Source: Lytechinus pictus (Eukaryota). From it: a DNA stretch of 64,000 nucleotides. The notes beneath the pieces were generated by a model. That model was given only the letters and a program-made list of their open reading frames with translations. It did not search any database and was not told the DNA's origin. A program made the translations under genes and the position numbers. This document shows positions 14,388 to 27,475 of the stretch, in pieces (position 1 is the first letter of the stretch; the number at the start of each line of letters is the position of its first letter). The DNA is taken from assembly GCF_037042905.1 (NCBI RefSeq), contig NC_087250.1:21640001-21704000 (forward strand), given 5' to 3'.

Positions 14388-14968
14388 AGGGATGGTCCAG
14401 GCTGAAAATATCTATATCTTAATACAAAGAGTAGAATTCACTGAGCAAAATGCCGAAAATTTCATCAAAATTGGATAACAAATAATAAAGTTATTGAAGT
14501 TTAAAGTTTAGCGATATTTTGTGAAAACAGTCGTCATGAATATTCATTAGGTGGGCTGATGATGTCACATCCCCACTTTCCGTTTTCTTATGTTATCACA
14601 TAAAATCATAATTTTTTCATTATTTCATACTTGTGTGAATAAAATGTTTCCCTTCTAATGAAATAAGTTGCAGCAACAAATATCTAATGCACTAAATCAG
14701 TTGTCAATCCAATTTTTCTAGTTCTTGGAGGAAAAAATTGAATAAACCTAATTTCATATAATAAAATACAAAAGAACAAGTGGAGATGTGACATCATCAG
14801 CCCACCTAATGAATATTCATGACGACTGTTATCACAAAATATTGCTAAACTTTAAAATTCAATAACTTTGTTATTTTTTATCCGATTTTGATGAAATTTT
14901 CGGCATTTTGCTCAGTGAATTCTATTCTATTTATTAAGCTATAAACATGTTCAGCCCGGATCATCCCT
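14388..14968. mobile_element. Kolobok-like MITE family A (other copies at about 28823-29408 and partial at 60682-60860)
   Basis: TTAA TSD at 14384-14387 and 14969-14972. The empty site is visible in the paralogous segment at 16444-16447. Confidence 0.88.
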
Positions 14969-16477
14969 TTAAATTTGGGATAACTAATATTGCTTGAGCT
15001 TGAGGAAAATGCTTGTGATCGATTCTCTAATTTTGTTCGTCTACTTTTCTATTGGATACCAAGAGTTAGGCGCTTTGAGCAGTCGTAGATTGTTTTTACG
15101 CGTAATTCTAAAGCAAATTATTATTTTTGAGCTAGTTTACCATGAATGAAATCATAGGAAAACTTCATAATATCTATATTACTCAATGCTAGGTCAAGTC
15201 TTGTGTTATACTCCTAATAATTATGTATGAGTGAGAATAGAAGTATCATATAATACAGTCTAAGGATAGAATTTTTGAGAAATTTAAGATGAACTACATT
15301 CTTGATTATAATTATATTTTACTTTCGTGTGATGTAGCACTTACTCTCAAGTGAGATCTGTGCTGGCCAAAAAGTACTTATTAATGTACAAAATCCTATG
15401 GCGACAACAGCCGTCAACGTAGAAGGTGCTAACACATACATACATACATCAATCTATCAATTAAAAATAGTGATTTTGTTTAATTTACATGAAGATGAAA
15501 TACTTTTTAAAAACAATTTCCAATATATGTTTTACCATCTTTTTTTAATAGAAATATATATGTTTTTAATTGATAAACAGATTTTCATCGAAACGCCGTC
15601 TTGTTTTTTTTTCTAAATTCATGTGTAAAATCTTATAATCGATTCTCCCATTCTACTCAATTGTTCCGTTGCCAGACGGTGGGATCGGAGGGGGGGGGGT
15701 GAAACCATTCGCTGGGTTACCGGGGGGGTGGAACTGATTAGCTCAAGTGTTTCATCCATCGCAATTTACAATATTTCATTTATTTTTTCGGCTAAAGGGC
15801 CCTTTTTTCTTTCAATAATTTTATTCATCAAAATATCAACATATATACAATATTTACATACTCTCAGTACATGTAATACATATACCATGCATACAGTATA
15901 ATACTACACTCCAAACGCTTATATATAACAGAAAACTTCTACTAAGAACATCAAGAAAAGTAAAAAGTCAAGTGTAAAACCACCACGGTAATAAGTTGGC
16001 ACCTTATATTCTATTTCCATGATATTGTTGTGATATATCTATAGTTTGTGAACATGAACATCGGAACAAATAGAGGAATGAAGTAGTGTAGGAAAGGGAT
16101 GTCTAATCATTTCTATTGCAGCAAACCAGCGCAATCTTCCAAAGAATTGAGAAAGACTGAGAATTTCAAGTAGGTCATCTGGCATTCACTCTAAACACAG
16201 GATGGTGCGTTTCAAAATTTTGTTAGACTGATACAATCGCTGTATGAAGTGTAACTTCTACACCGTAGAGGACATCAATATATCAATACACATCAAAGTG
16301 TTCAATAAAAATAGTTTAATTGAAAATTTCTCATTGAGCATAAAGATAAAGTAATTTTTCGAAAAAAAATAAATAGAATTAAAAATCTATAAAATTAAGT
16401 AAAGAAATATTAAATGATGCAATGGGTATTATGTGATCCCTTGTTAAATTTGGAACAACTAAATTGCTTTCAAGGAT

Positions 16478-17009
16478 TTTTTTTCGTATTAAGAAGTTTT
16501 TATTTGTCAACAACTTCAATTCATACATGTGATATACAAAATAAAATACATACGTCAATACAATATATCTTTACAAATTAATATATGAATACATTGTAAA
16601 CTCATATAGTTAACACTTTACATTTTCTCTTTTTTCCTTTAGTGTTACTATAAAACCTAATAAAACTCAACGTACTCAATTTTTTTTCTAGTGTCAAAAT
16701 ATTCACAACATAACAAATTTTCCAAATACACAAAGCCAATCATTAATACAACCTAGTCGAATTGAAGCCATTAACAAGGATTTTCCATACCCCCCCCCCC
16801 CCCTCCCCACCTTGGCCTCATTTCATATCCTCTAACAACATCAGCATCTGGCCCTGAAACCTACCTACCTACCACCCCCCCCCCCCCCCCCGACCCTACG
16901 TTGTTTACATAAAGGAGTTTGAAAATAGCCAAGAGGCAAAACAAAAAGAAAAAAGAAAAAAAGGAAATAAAAAACACGGAAGCAAAACATTACCAACCCC
17001 CTTCCAACC
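16478..17009 (-). mobile_element. 5'-truncated non-LTR retroelement insertion with poly(A) and 7-bp TSD
   Basis: Flanked by CAAGGAT at 16471-16477 and 17010-17016. Starts with poly-T and TTTATT. Absent from the paralogous copy at about 15000. Confidence 0.7.
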
Positions 17010-17746
17010 CAAGGATAATGCGTATGATCGATTCTCAAGTTTTATTTTATTCGTCTACTGTTCTATTGGGTATCAACAGTGAAGCGTTTTGAGCAGTCGT
17101 CTATTGATAAAGCGTAATTTGAAAGCAAATTATTATTTTTTAATATTGAGTTAGTTTAACATAAATGAAATTAATATGATCAAGTATTTCTTAATCATTC
17201 GAAAAAAAATCATAATATTTCTATTACATTATGCTAGGTCAAGTATTGTATTGTACTCTTCATAATATGTATGAGTGAAAATAGAAGTATTATAGAATAC
17301 AGTCTTAGGATTGAATTTTTGAGAGTTTTAAGATTATTATAACCACTAAATCCTTTTCGTCATCACCATGTTGCAATTCCTACCTTTTAAGAAAAACCTA
17401 ATAAGAGAATATATTATACGGAAAGAGCGCAAAGAGTAGCAAGTTATAACAAGGTGTGTCATAAAAAAGTTACTTTCTGTAAAAAAAGTTACTTTCTGAT
17501 TTGTGTTATAACGTGTAATATAGTTTTAATGCCATTTTTACCTTACAAATTTTTCTTCTCAAGGGGGGAGGGCACGGGCCGACAGTGCCCCCCCCCCCCC
17601 CCCGTATCCACCAGTGAGAAAGGGTACTCATACCACATACATAATGGTATCAACTAATTTGGGAAAACACACTCTTTCAGGCCATTATGTATTCATGACG
17701 CATAAAGTGGGTGTATCTTTTTTTTTACACACGCGGTAGAGTTATT

Positions 17747-18058
17747 GGCCCATATTCTGAAGTCAGTTTTAACTAAGACCATGGTCCAGCTCTGTGTTAA
17801 AATTATGGGAAGCCAAAAGTGTCAAAATTTCTATTAAGTTGTACGTTTCTTATATGTACTGTGCTCTTTCCTGATTCATCGATGGTGAAGACAATCATCT
17901 TTTTTATACTTCCTAGACAATTATGAATGGTTTGAGAGTCAAATGAGCTGAAATATGATATCTCTACCGTTAGTGATTTATGTAACAATTGGCTATCCAT
18001 ACCTAAACCACAACTTTAAACCTGAGTTTAAGTTAAACCCAACTTGTGAATACGGGCC
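17747..18058. mobile_element. Harbinger-like ~300-bp MITE (other copies at 40077-40360, 46183-46485, and 58221-59029 with a nested insertion at about 58275-58766)
   Basis: TIR GGCCCGTATTCTGAAGT. TSDs ATT/ATT and ATA/ATA. Confidence 0.8.
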
Positions 18059-18775
18059 ATTGGGTTGGTTGTCTGCGTCAGGGGAGAACTTTAAGATCAG
18101 ATGAAAAAATATCTGAGCAGGTGCTGCAACTTCTTATAGACATGTTGTTGATTCTTTTTAATCTTTTTAACATGATTGCAGTGTCGTACCTAGGATTTTC
18201 CAAAGGGGGGGGGGGGCAAATTCCTCCGCCAAAAAATTTGACAAGCAAAAAAAAGAAAGAAAAAAAGGTCTCCAAACACAAGGATTTCGTACCAGAAAAA
18301 AATTTGACAAGCAAAAAAAAAAGGTCTTCAAATTCAAGGGAGCCACTTGTGGCTCGTCAGGGATCAGTTGTAACTCGTCAGGGGGGGCAGGGATACGTCC
18401 CTTGCATGGTTTGTGACTCGTCAGGGGGGCAGTCTGCCCCTCTGCCCCCCCCCCCCCCCCCCCCCCCCCGTCCGTAGGTACGCTAGTGCATGACTGTGAT
18501 CAACACTGGATATTCTTTGTAAATTAGTGTGATTGGAAAGTAAAATTGAAACTTCTTGAATAAGTTTGTCAGCAACACAGGGGCTTGTCCAATGAATGAA
18601 TTAAAAACAATCTTATAATATTAGTATGAATTTTAGTCATCATTGATATTGCACCACCGATCATAGCGGGGGAAACGCACATTTCTTTTATCATGATTTT
18701 CTTTGTATTTCATAAGAACTGAATATAAAGGTTTTTTTTTTTCTTTTTTGGTATGCATCACCAGCGACCTATTCC

Positions 18776-19075
18776 ACCACGATCATCATCATCATCGTCA
18801 CCACCATCTTCACCATCACCATCATCATCACCATCATCATCATCAGCAGCATCATCATCACCATCATCATCATCACCATCATCATCACCATCATCACCAT
18901 CATCATCATCATCTTCACCATCATCATCTTCACCATCATCATCATCAGCATCATCATCACCATCATCATCATCACCATCATCATCATCAGCAGCATCATC
19001 ATCACCACCATCTTCACCATCATCATCATTATTATCACCATCATCATCATTATTATCACAATCACCATCATCACT
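18776..19075. repeat. (CAT/CAC)n microsatellite
   Basis: About 300 bp of trinucleotide repeat. Confidence 0.97.
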
Positions 19076-19779
19076 CACTATAATTAGATTCAGATATTCT
19101 AATTATTCATAATGCAATCAGGTACAAATGGATATTCAATTCAATTAAATTTACTTTACATTCTTCAACATAATACAATAAATACAAGACAAATCAATAC
19201 AATTTAAAATAAAAGTATGAACAAAATTAAACATTGAATAAAATGATATGATATACATATTTAATAAGTAATTTATCATGAACACAAAATATTACATGAT
19301 ACACGTGACGGATCCGGGGGGGGGGGCACATCCTGCCCATAAACAAAATTGTAATGTAAATATGCCGTTCTTACACAAGTGTGCCCCCCCCCCCCTTGGA
19401 AGTCACAGCATGTTGACTGAATGACCGTCACGTTTGGTTGAAAACTTTTGTTTGTATTGGTTGTTTGTCTTTTTTTTTGGGGGGGGGAATGTGCTCCCCC
19501 TTTAAAAAATCCGCCTTGATTATACATTTTCGTAAACATTATACAAATTATCAAATATAATCATTATCATCATCATCATTATCGCCATCATTATTGGGGG
19601 CGTTTTATAATTTATCAAAACTATATGTTTGTCTCATTAAAAAGAAATCTCTTCTCATTGATATTATTTATCTTTATTTATATCATCATTATTATCATTT
19701 TGGTTTTTATGCCAGAGCTCCTCTTCATAATGAGGTACTGTATGTCTTTGAACACACACAAAAAATGTTGTTAGAGAAA

Positions 19780-20640
19780 TAGCGCCCTCTCGTGATCGTA
19801 ATGGTACATGTGTACGTGTCACGCCTTCTTTCTGGGTTGTGAACTTGTGTTGTTGAGGAAGCCGGGTTCATTAGAAACACCAACACTGCTCAGATTTAAG
19901 GAGTTCTTTGGCAACATTTGTTTGATTGATCTACAGGGTACGTATGATATGATATGCCGTAATCTGTGATGTATTGTGATTTATCAAAAGATTTGCATTT
20001 GAGAATTTAGAGGATCGGTAGCAGCCATAGCGCGCAGCGGTGATACTTTAGCGTAATTTGTAAGCCGAAACTGCTGGGGTGGGTGGGCTACCACAGGCAC
20101 AGCCAGCGTGATGCGTTTTGACGGTGTGTTTCTGATGATCGTCTATTGTACATATGCACTGTACATGCGAATAATGACCGAGTCAGTGCACTCGTCATCC
20201 CCGACCATTTGCCATACAGCAAAAGGTAGGGGATGGGACTAGAGGTATGTGAGGCGTACTCAGTCATAGACAAAATTTGTTATAAAAATGTAAAAGTAAG
20301 AGAGTTTGACTTAATACCAGTCTCCCCCGAACCAAACGTTGATCTTCCTTCCGTTGCTGTAATTTATCTTGGAATCAACGATATATTGTCATTTGAAGAT
20401 TCTTCGAGAAATCGTCGGAATGTGTGATGAAATTTGTCATGATCCTCAGCAGCGCATAGACTTCTACGTAGAGGATGTAACGCGCCCTCTTGTGCTCAAT
20501 TAAAGAAAGCTAACGGAAGCGACCACACCACTGACCTCTACAGAGCTGTATAAAAATGCTTCTCACCACAGTGCACAGATACCTGTTTCCGGTGATGCTT
20601 CTATTTCGGATCTCCGAGATCCAGCGATAGTAGTCTCTTT
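19780..20640 (+). promoter_or_regulatory. Candidate UAP1 promoter and non-coding first exon (about 19810-19937)
   Basis: Locally CpG-richer and non-repetitive. CTCF-like motifs at 19780-19797 and 20481-20497, ETS-like TTTCCGG at about 20586, donor AGG|GTACGT at 19938. The ATG exon begins at a splice acceptor, so an upstream UTR exon is required. The link to UAP1 is inference. Confidence 0.45.
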
Positions 20641-22262
20641 CTCCCCTGACACAATATTTTTTTAAATTATTTTATACACAAAAATAATTGTTGTAGCACC
20701 ATCAGCTTAGTCTATTCTATAATGAACTGTATCTTGTCGTATGGTGAAAGGAAATATGATGCCTTTTTTGGGGGGAGGGGGGGTTATTGCTTCTTCTCTC
20801 GATCCCCCGATCCCTCTCTTGATGAGTACTATCATTGTAAGGGTTAATCATTAATATTATTTTGGTTTTCTATTATTTTTCATATTGTTGTTGAATATTC
20901 ATTTTCATCATCATATCACTTTTGTAAGCCCACATTTTGTACCATCCTGGAATTAATATGGGTAAAGGGTGAAATGTGAAAAGAATGAAAGGGGCAAGGA
21001 ACTCAAAACAAAGTGATAAAACAGAACATAATTACGTTCCATTTTTTTAAATGAGTTTCTTTTATTTATCCAGGATGGGGAGCACATCAGGCTCGTGCCC
21101 ACCCTCTCGAAAGCCATAGAACAGATTTATTTTGCATCCATTTTGTTTGATAAATTTGATAAATTGTTAATTTCATTTGATTGTAATCCTTTATGTTGTT
21201 TGGATTTGAAATCAATTAAATTAACTTGAAACTTAATTTCCTGCCCTCCCCCTTGAAAATTTTGATCTGCCCCTAAATAGGCCTTTGTGGTAAGAGATTT
21301 TTTATTTCATTTATTTTTTAATGAAAATCCTTTAGGTTTGGATTTTAAATCAATGAAAACAAGCTCGGGAAATTAAATGATTTTGACTTTGTATCAATAC
21401 GAAACAAAATTGAAAATTTGTCTTGATTGAGGCTAACAAGACTTCCTTACCAGAATGCATTACGAGCAAAGTTTCATCGAAACCTCAACGGTCAGTGGTG
21501 CAAACGGGTTGATGAGCCTCTATGGTTTCGTGAGATCTTTTTTCTTTTTCGATTTGTCACTGTTGAACACCATAGACGTAATGGAGGCAGTTGGATGAGG
21601 TTCACATAGAGAAATCGGTGATTTTTTATATTATATTTATTAATTTAAAGTCATTTCCGTCAAAATAACAGTTTTTAACAATGGAGCAGTTCAAGTATGA
21701 ACTGATTCGCGGGGGGAAAATGAGCAATGTATATTTTGACAATTGAGAGGTATACAGCCAAAAAAGAGGTTATATTATATAACCTCGTTCGTAGGATGAG
21801 TGAGTCAGTGAGTGATGAAAGCGCCTAACCGAGTGCAGTGCGAGCGTTTAGATCAATAAATTGTACATCGAGGCCGATTTTAGTTAAATTTGCCAGTATT
21901 GACATTTATGTGAGGGTGTGTTTGTGTTCTATTTTCAGCATTGAAAATGAGAGAATGTTAAACTAAAAGTAAAGCGGCCAAATCGTGGTTTCGGGAACCA
22001 GCTCGTCAAATTGCATGTACGCGCACTTGTGTACAAAGTGAATGGAGGTGGAAATAGGGAACCGTGCGTGTGAATGAATAAAGCGCTGCTGTATGAAGTG
22101 AACGGTGGTTTCTAATATCACGATATATAATGCCAGTAATAAAGCAGAAGATTGTGAAAATAAATTATAGCATTAAAATATATTGATGAAGCCAGGTTTG
22201 AAAAAGTTCGAGAAAAATCCAGATGAAGATTAAGATAGTCAGAAAATCTATTGGAATTTTAA

Positions 22263-22849
22263 AGGTCAAGTCCACCCCAGGAAAATGCTGACTTGAATAA
22301 ATAAAGAAAAATCAAACTAGCATAGTGCTGAAAATTTCATCAAAATAGGATGTAAAATAAGAAAGTTATGACATTTTAAAGTTTCGCTTATTTTTCACAA
22401 AACAGTGATATGCACATCTAGGTGAGTCAGTCGATGATGTCCATCACTATTTCTTTTGTTTTTTATTGTTTGAATTATACAATATTTCATTTTTTTGAGA
22501 TTTGACAATAAGGACCAACTTGACTGAAACATATAGTATTAAACAATGCTAATGCCACATGTTCAAGGAGGAATTAATCGTTGTATCACTTGCCAATGAG
22601 GAGAAAATTAGAATATTTCATATTTGACATAATGAAATACAAAAGAAAGAGTGAGTGGATGACGTCATAGTCTCCTCATTTGCATACCAGCCAGGATGTG
22701 CATATAACTGTTTTGTGAAATTCAGCGAAACTTTAAAATGTCATAACTTCCTTATTTCACATCCGATTTTGCTGAAATTTTCAGTGTTATGTTTGTTGGA
22801 TTTTTCTCTTTTTATTCAAATCAACTTTTTATTGGGGTGGACTTGTCCT
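22263..22849. mobile_element. Kolobok-like MITE family B (second copy split into about 26614-26904 and 34425-34722)
   Basis: TTAA|AGGTCAAGTCCACCCC...GGGGTGGACTTGTCCT|TTAA. Confidence 0.85.
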
Positions 22850-23046
22850 TTAAGTTTTTGAATTGTCACATATCTTTTATTAGTCTACGAGCAACTGGCC
22901 CATTAATTCTTTATTTTTTAATTGTTCATGTCATCACAACTAAAAAATTTCTCCTTTTTGGAGCGGGTGTGAAATGAATTGTCTGTTGATAAAGCCAAGG
23001 TAGAACTCTAGATCTAGATTGGATTTGCCGAACTCATTTTTTTTTT

Positions 23047-23830
23047 GTCTCACCTGCATAGCAGAGTGAGACTATAGGCGCCGCTTTTCCGACGGCGGCG
23101 GCGGCGTCAACACCAAATCTTAACCTGAGGTTAAGTTTTTGAAATGACAGCATAACTTAGAAAGTATATGGACCTAGTTCATGAAACTTGGCCATAAGGT
23201 TAATCAAGTATTACTGAAGATACTGCCTGAGTTTCATGTCACATGACCAAGGTCAAAGGTCATTTAGGGTCAATGAACTTAGACCATGTTGTGGGAATCA
23301 ACATCAAAATCTTAACCTAAGGTTAAGTTTTTGAAATGTCATCATAACTTAGAAAATATATGGACCTAGTTCATGAAACTTATACATAAGGTTAATCAAG
23401 TATCACTGAACATCCTGCATGAGTTTCACGTCACATGACCAAGGTCAAAGGTCATTTAGGGTCAATTAACTTTGGACGAATTGGGGGGTATCTGTTGAAT
23501 TACCATCATAACTTTGAAAGTTTATGGATCTGATTCATGAAACTTGGACATAATAGTAATCAAGTATTACTGAACATCCTGTGCAAGTTTCAGGTCACAT
23601 GATCAAGGTCAAAGGTCATTTAGGGTCAATGAACTTTGGCCAAATTGGGGTATTGTTGAATTACAGCCATAAATTTGAAAGTGTGTTGGTCTAGTTCATA
23701 AAACGTGGAAATAAGAGTAACCAAGTATCACTGAACATCTTGTGCGAGTTATAGTAGTTTTCAAAATCAGCACTGCTGCTATATTGAATCGCGTGATGCA
23801 GGTGAGACGGCCAGAGGCATTCCACTTGTT
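23047..23830 (+). mobile_element. Helentron-associated (HINE/DINE-1-like) non-autonomous element; second copy from 63604 to beyond 64000
   Basis: Sits in a T-run. Subterminal IR GTCTCACCTGCAT/ATGCAGGTGAGAC, (GGC)n microsatellite, internal tandem repeats, short 3' hairpin and no TSD. Confidence 0.7.
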
Positions 23831-26800
23831 TGTTTTTTTGAAAATGATATTTCAAAGGTAATCCTGCTTACCTTGGTTGTTGAGAGACATCACCGATGTC
23901 CGACGACTGAGTTCATGTTGCTCACAATCTCTGGTATAAAACTATAATCTCACTCTGGTTTCTGGTATGGTCTCTGGTATAAAATGGTCTCTACCGTGGC
24001 CCGGCGTGGCAGCTCTTTAATACGTGGCTGCCGGGCCTACGGTTGACTGCGCAGCAAGGGCTGTTGATCGGGGGAAACCAGGGGAATCAGGGGCAGGGTC
24101 TCCTGCCTTACATTGTAATCTCACCGATTACTATATTTCATTATTTTTAAAAATTGAATTCATGATATAGATCTACATGTGAAGCTGCTTGCATGTGATG
24201 TGACAAATGAAAAATTTGAATTCTAATAACGTATTAAAACTTTGAATGGGTTTTCCTCAAACCTTCACCAATATTTCAAATTATTTGTTTACAATAAAGG
24301 TTTGTCAGGGTTAAATTTCCCTTTTTATTGAGTTTTGTTGAATCATGATCACCCCACCCCCAAGCCTAATGTTAGTCTTGAGATGCATGGATGGATAGAG
24401 TAAAAAAATCAGTTTGATCTTTAGTGTAACTAATTCTAACTAAATAATGGCAAGTAAAGTAGAACCTATTTAAAAAAGAAAAATGAAATAAAAACAGGGT
24501 CACCAAAATTTTGCAAGAAATTCAGAAAATTGTGGTTTTAAATGTTGATTTTTCATAGCTCTCTTCATGTTCTTGCAAGAGACAAGGATTTTATCATGAA
24601 AATAACAAATAAAAAAAGCAGGCGAGGGAAATAATCAACCTCATTGAATTCCTGTGTAAATCCACTCAGGAAACATGTCAACATAACCAGATTTAAAAAC
24701 TTTGATTGAATTGAAATATTGTTTTGTGAAAAGAAACACTTGTTTAGAATAAAAAAATTGCAGAAAAGTTCAGATTATACCTTGGGCATTTTACTAAAGG
24801 GGCATGTTGCATAAAAGAAACACTCTGAAAATATTTTGTAATTAATGTCATTGGCATAATTTTGTTTGCCAGAATACATGGCAAAGCTTTAATTGTTTAG
24901 GCATAACGTCTAGTCAAAGACAAGAAAGGTCCTACAATGTACAATGTGCATGTATCATGAAAATGGAATCCTGAGTATTCAAATTTGATATTTTGGCTAC
25001 CTCTTCATCTCTTTACATTTCGTTATTCTTCCCTCTTTCTCTCTCCTCTCTTCCCTCCGCTCCTATTTTCTTTACTTCATCTATGTTTAATTCTTGGTTT
25101 CTAGTTGATTTTATTAAAGAATATATTTTCTGTTCGATGTTATGCTCTACCATTCCAGTTAGCGTTCTTTAGACAGTAGATTGCACTTGACCACTCGGAG
25201 CCGGAACAATGAAATGGTCAAGTTACTTCATTGTTCTGGCCCTGAGTGTTTGGTCGGGTGGGTTGCTGTCATAGATCGCTGACTTTCAATGTAACTTCCA
25301 ATTATACTTTGTTTAAAATCTTGACAATTTTCTCATCATGAACAAATCTATTTCTGCTGTTTTACAGTAGGTTATTTTCTCAATTTTTAAATGAAATCAA
25401 TCATACAGTGTATCCCAATATTTTTCTTCGGTCATTCTACATACATGTATTTTGCCTTTATTTACCCCCCTTATATTTCTGTAATGTGTATGAAGCTCAA
25501 GTGCATAATTTAACTCTTATGTTCTTTATATTTGATTATCTTTGTTAATCCGTAGGTATATAATTTCATGTATTTTCCCTTTTTTTCTGTTAATTTTGTA
25601 TGTAGTTAATAGTCTTTGGACTGTTTTTACATTGTATTCATATATTAAACCGAATTGAATCGAAAAAACAATTGAAATTGACAAGAAAAATTAAATGTAC
25701 AGTACATGTAGATCAGAGGGTGTTTTACGATTGAGTTTGTGTGGCTTCAAATGCTTATTATGCTGATGGGCACATGATGTAGCGTGCAAATTATAGTTTT
25801 TAAATACCAGTTTGATAACATCCTCAAAATGAGTTCGAAAAGAATCCGATGAAGTTACCACCCAAGTATTATGTATTTAAATAAAAAATATGTGCCAAAT
25901 GACTCTTGAAAAAAATGTGTAATTGTTGAGAAATGAGTAAAATAAGCACGGAATTCCGTCAAATGTTGGGTATATTTCCCAAGCAATATTAATACACTGT
26001 CCCACGACCCACATGTACACGATGTACTTATGCTTATTACGTGTAAGTCAAAATGGTCATCAGAATGATCAGTTTCGGGGCAAAAATTATTTTCATGATT
26101 ACACAAAGATAAGTTTACACTGTATCAGATCTAAATCTATGGTGACAATGATTAAAGATGTCCATTTTATACCGCAAAAAACTGGGAATTTAATGTCAAT
26201 AAGTGTGACTTTAACCGCCGTTTCACATGGTAAAAAAATGTAGTTTGAATGATGATTCCAGTGAAAAATAACGCTAATGAAAATATTAAGCACGTGTGAA
26301 ACCAAACTAGAACGTGATTAGTATCACGAACGCTAATCACAATTAGATTACAATCAAAATCATTATATTACAATGATGATTCTAGATTCATGTGTGAAAA
26401 GGCCCTTAGTCACACTTAAATCTTTGTGAAACACCCCCAGGATATTAAACAAAATTGAGTGCAGAGGAGCATTTCATTCACATTTTCCATCTGACGAGCT
26501 CTCTTGGTTTTGATTGGCTGTGAAGCATGGTTTCTATGGCAACTGTCGGATAAATTGAACTCGTTGGAAAAAAAATGTCCAACAAGTCCTTTTATGATAA
26601 GGCAGTGGTAATAACAAGTCCACCCCAACAAAAAGTTGATTTGAATAAAAGAGAAAAATCCAACAATTATAACACTCAACATTTCTTCAAAATTGAATGT
26701 AAAATTTAAGAAAGTTATGACATTTTAAAGTTTTGTGTACATTTAATTTTACATATATATGCACATCCTGGATAGTATGCAAATGAGAAGACTGATCTGA

Positions 26801-26918
26801 TGTCATCCACTCACTATTTCTTTTGTTCATGTACATGTATTTTCTCCTCATTGTCAAAGTGAAACAACGTTTAATTCCTCCCTGAACATGTACAGTATTG
26901 GTTTCCCAGGTCAAAAAA

Positions 26919-27475
26919 CCAGTTAAGGACCAGTTCATCCAACTGGTACTGGTACCAGTTGATTCCAGTTAGCGAACTGGATTCAATATGGAAATTGGAA
27001 TACTGGAATCAACTGGATTCCAGTTGATTCCAATACTGGAATCAACTGGAATCCAGTTGACAAATTGTAACTGGTACCAGTTGGAAATACCAGTTGGCAA
27101 CTGGTCCTAACTGGTACCAGTTAGCAACTGGTACCAGTTGACAACTGGTCCTAACTGGTACCAGTTAGGACCAGTTGGAAACATGAGTTGTCAACTGGTG
27201 CCAGTTAAAACCAGTTGGAAACAAAAATTGTCAACTGGTGCCAGTTAGGACCAGTTGGAAACATGAGGTGTCAACTGGTGCCAGTTAAAACCAGTTGGAA
27301 ACACCAATTGTCAACTGGTGCCAGTTAGGACCAGTTGGAAACATGAGTTGTCAACTGGTGCCAGTTAAAACCAGTTGGAAACACCAGTTGTCAACTGGTG
27401 CCAGTTAGAACAAGTTGGAAGCACCAGTTAGGACCAGTTGGAAACATAAATTGTCAAGTGGTACCAGTTAGAAAC
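26919..27475. repeat. Left subterminal array, 40-bp unit (80-bp dimer)
   Basis: tcaactggtgccagtt recurs at 27191, 27231, 27271, 27311, 27351 and 27391, alternating ttaaaa/ttagga. Confidence 0.92.

Larger units (their letters stand above)
14068..17340 (+). repeat. Diverged local duplication (about 14068-15290 vs 16123-17333)
   Basis: Collinear from aaaccagcgcaa through gaatttttgaga. Each copy carries a different later insertion. Confidence 0.85.

Noticed and set aside
18703..19112. Poly-His, poly-Ser, poly-Asp and poly-Met ORFs
   Set aside because: These are translations of a (CAT)n microsatellite with no splice or domain support.
27100..27475. CRISPR-like array (also 4260-4782 and 33181-34410)
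   Set aside because: The context is eukaryotic, the 'spacers' are near-identical rather than unique, and there are no cas genes.
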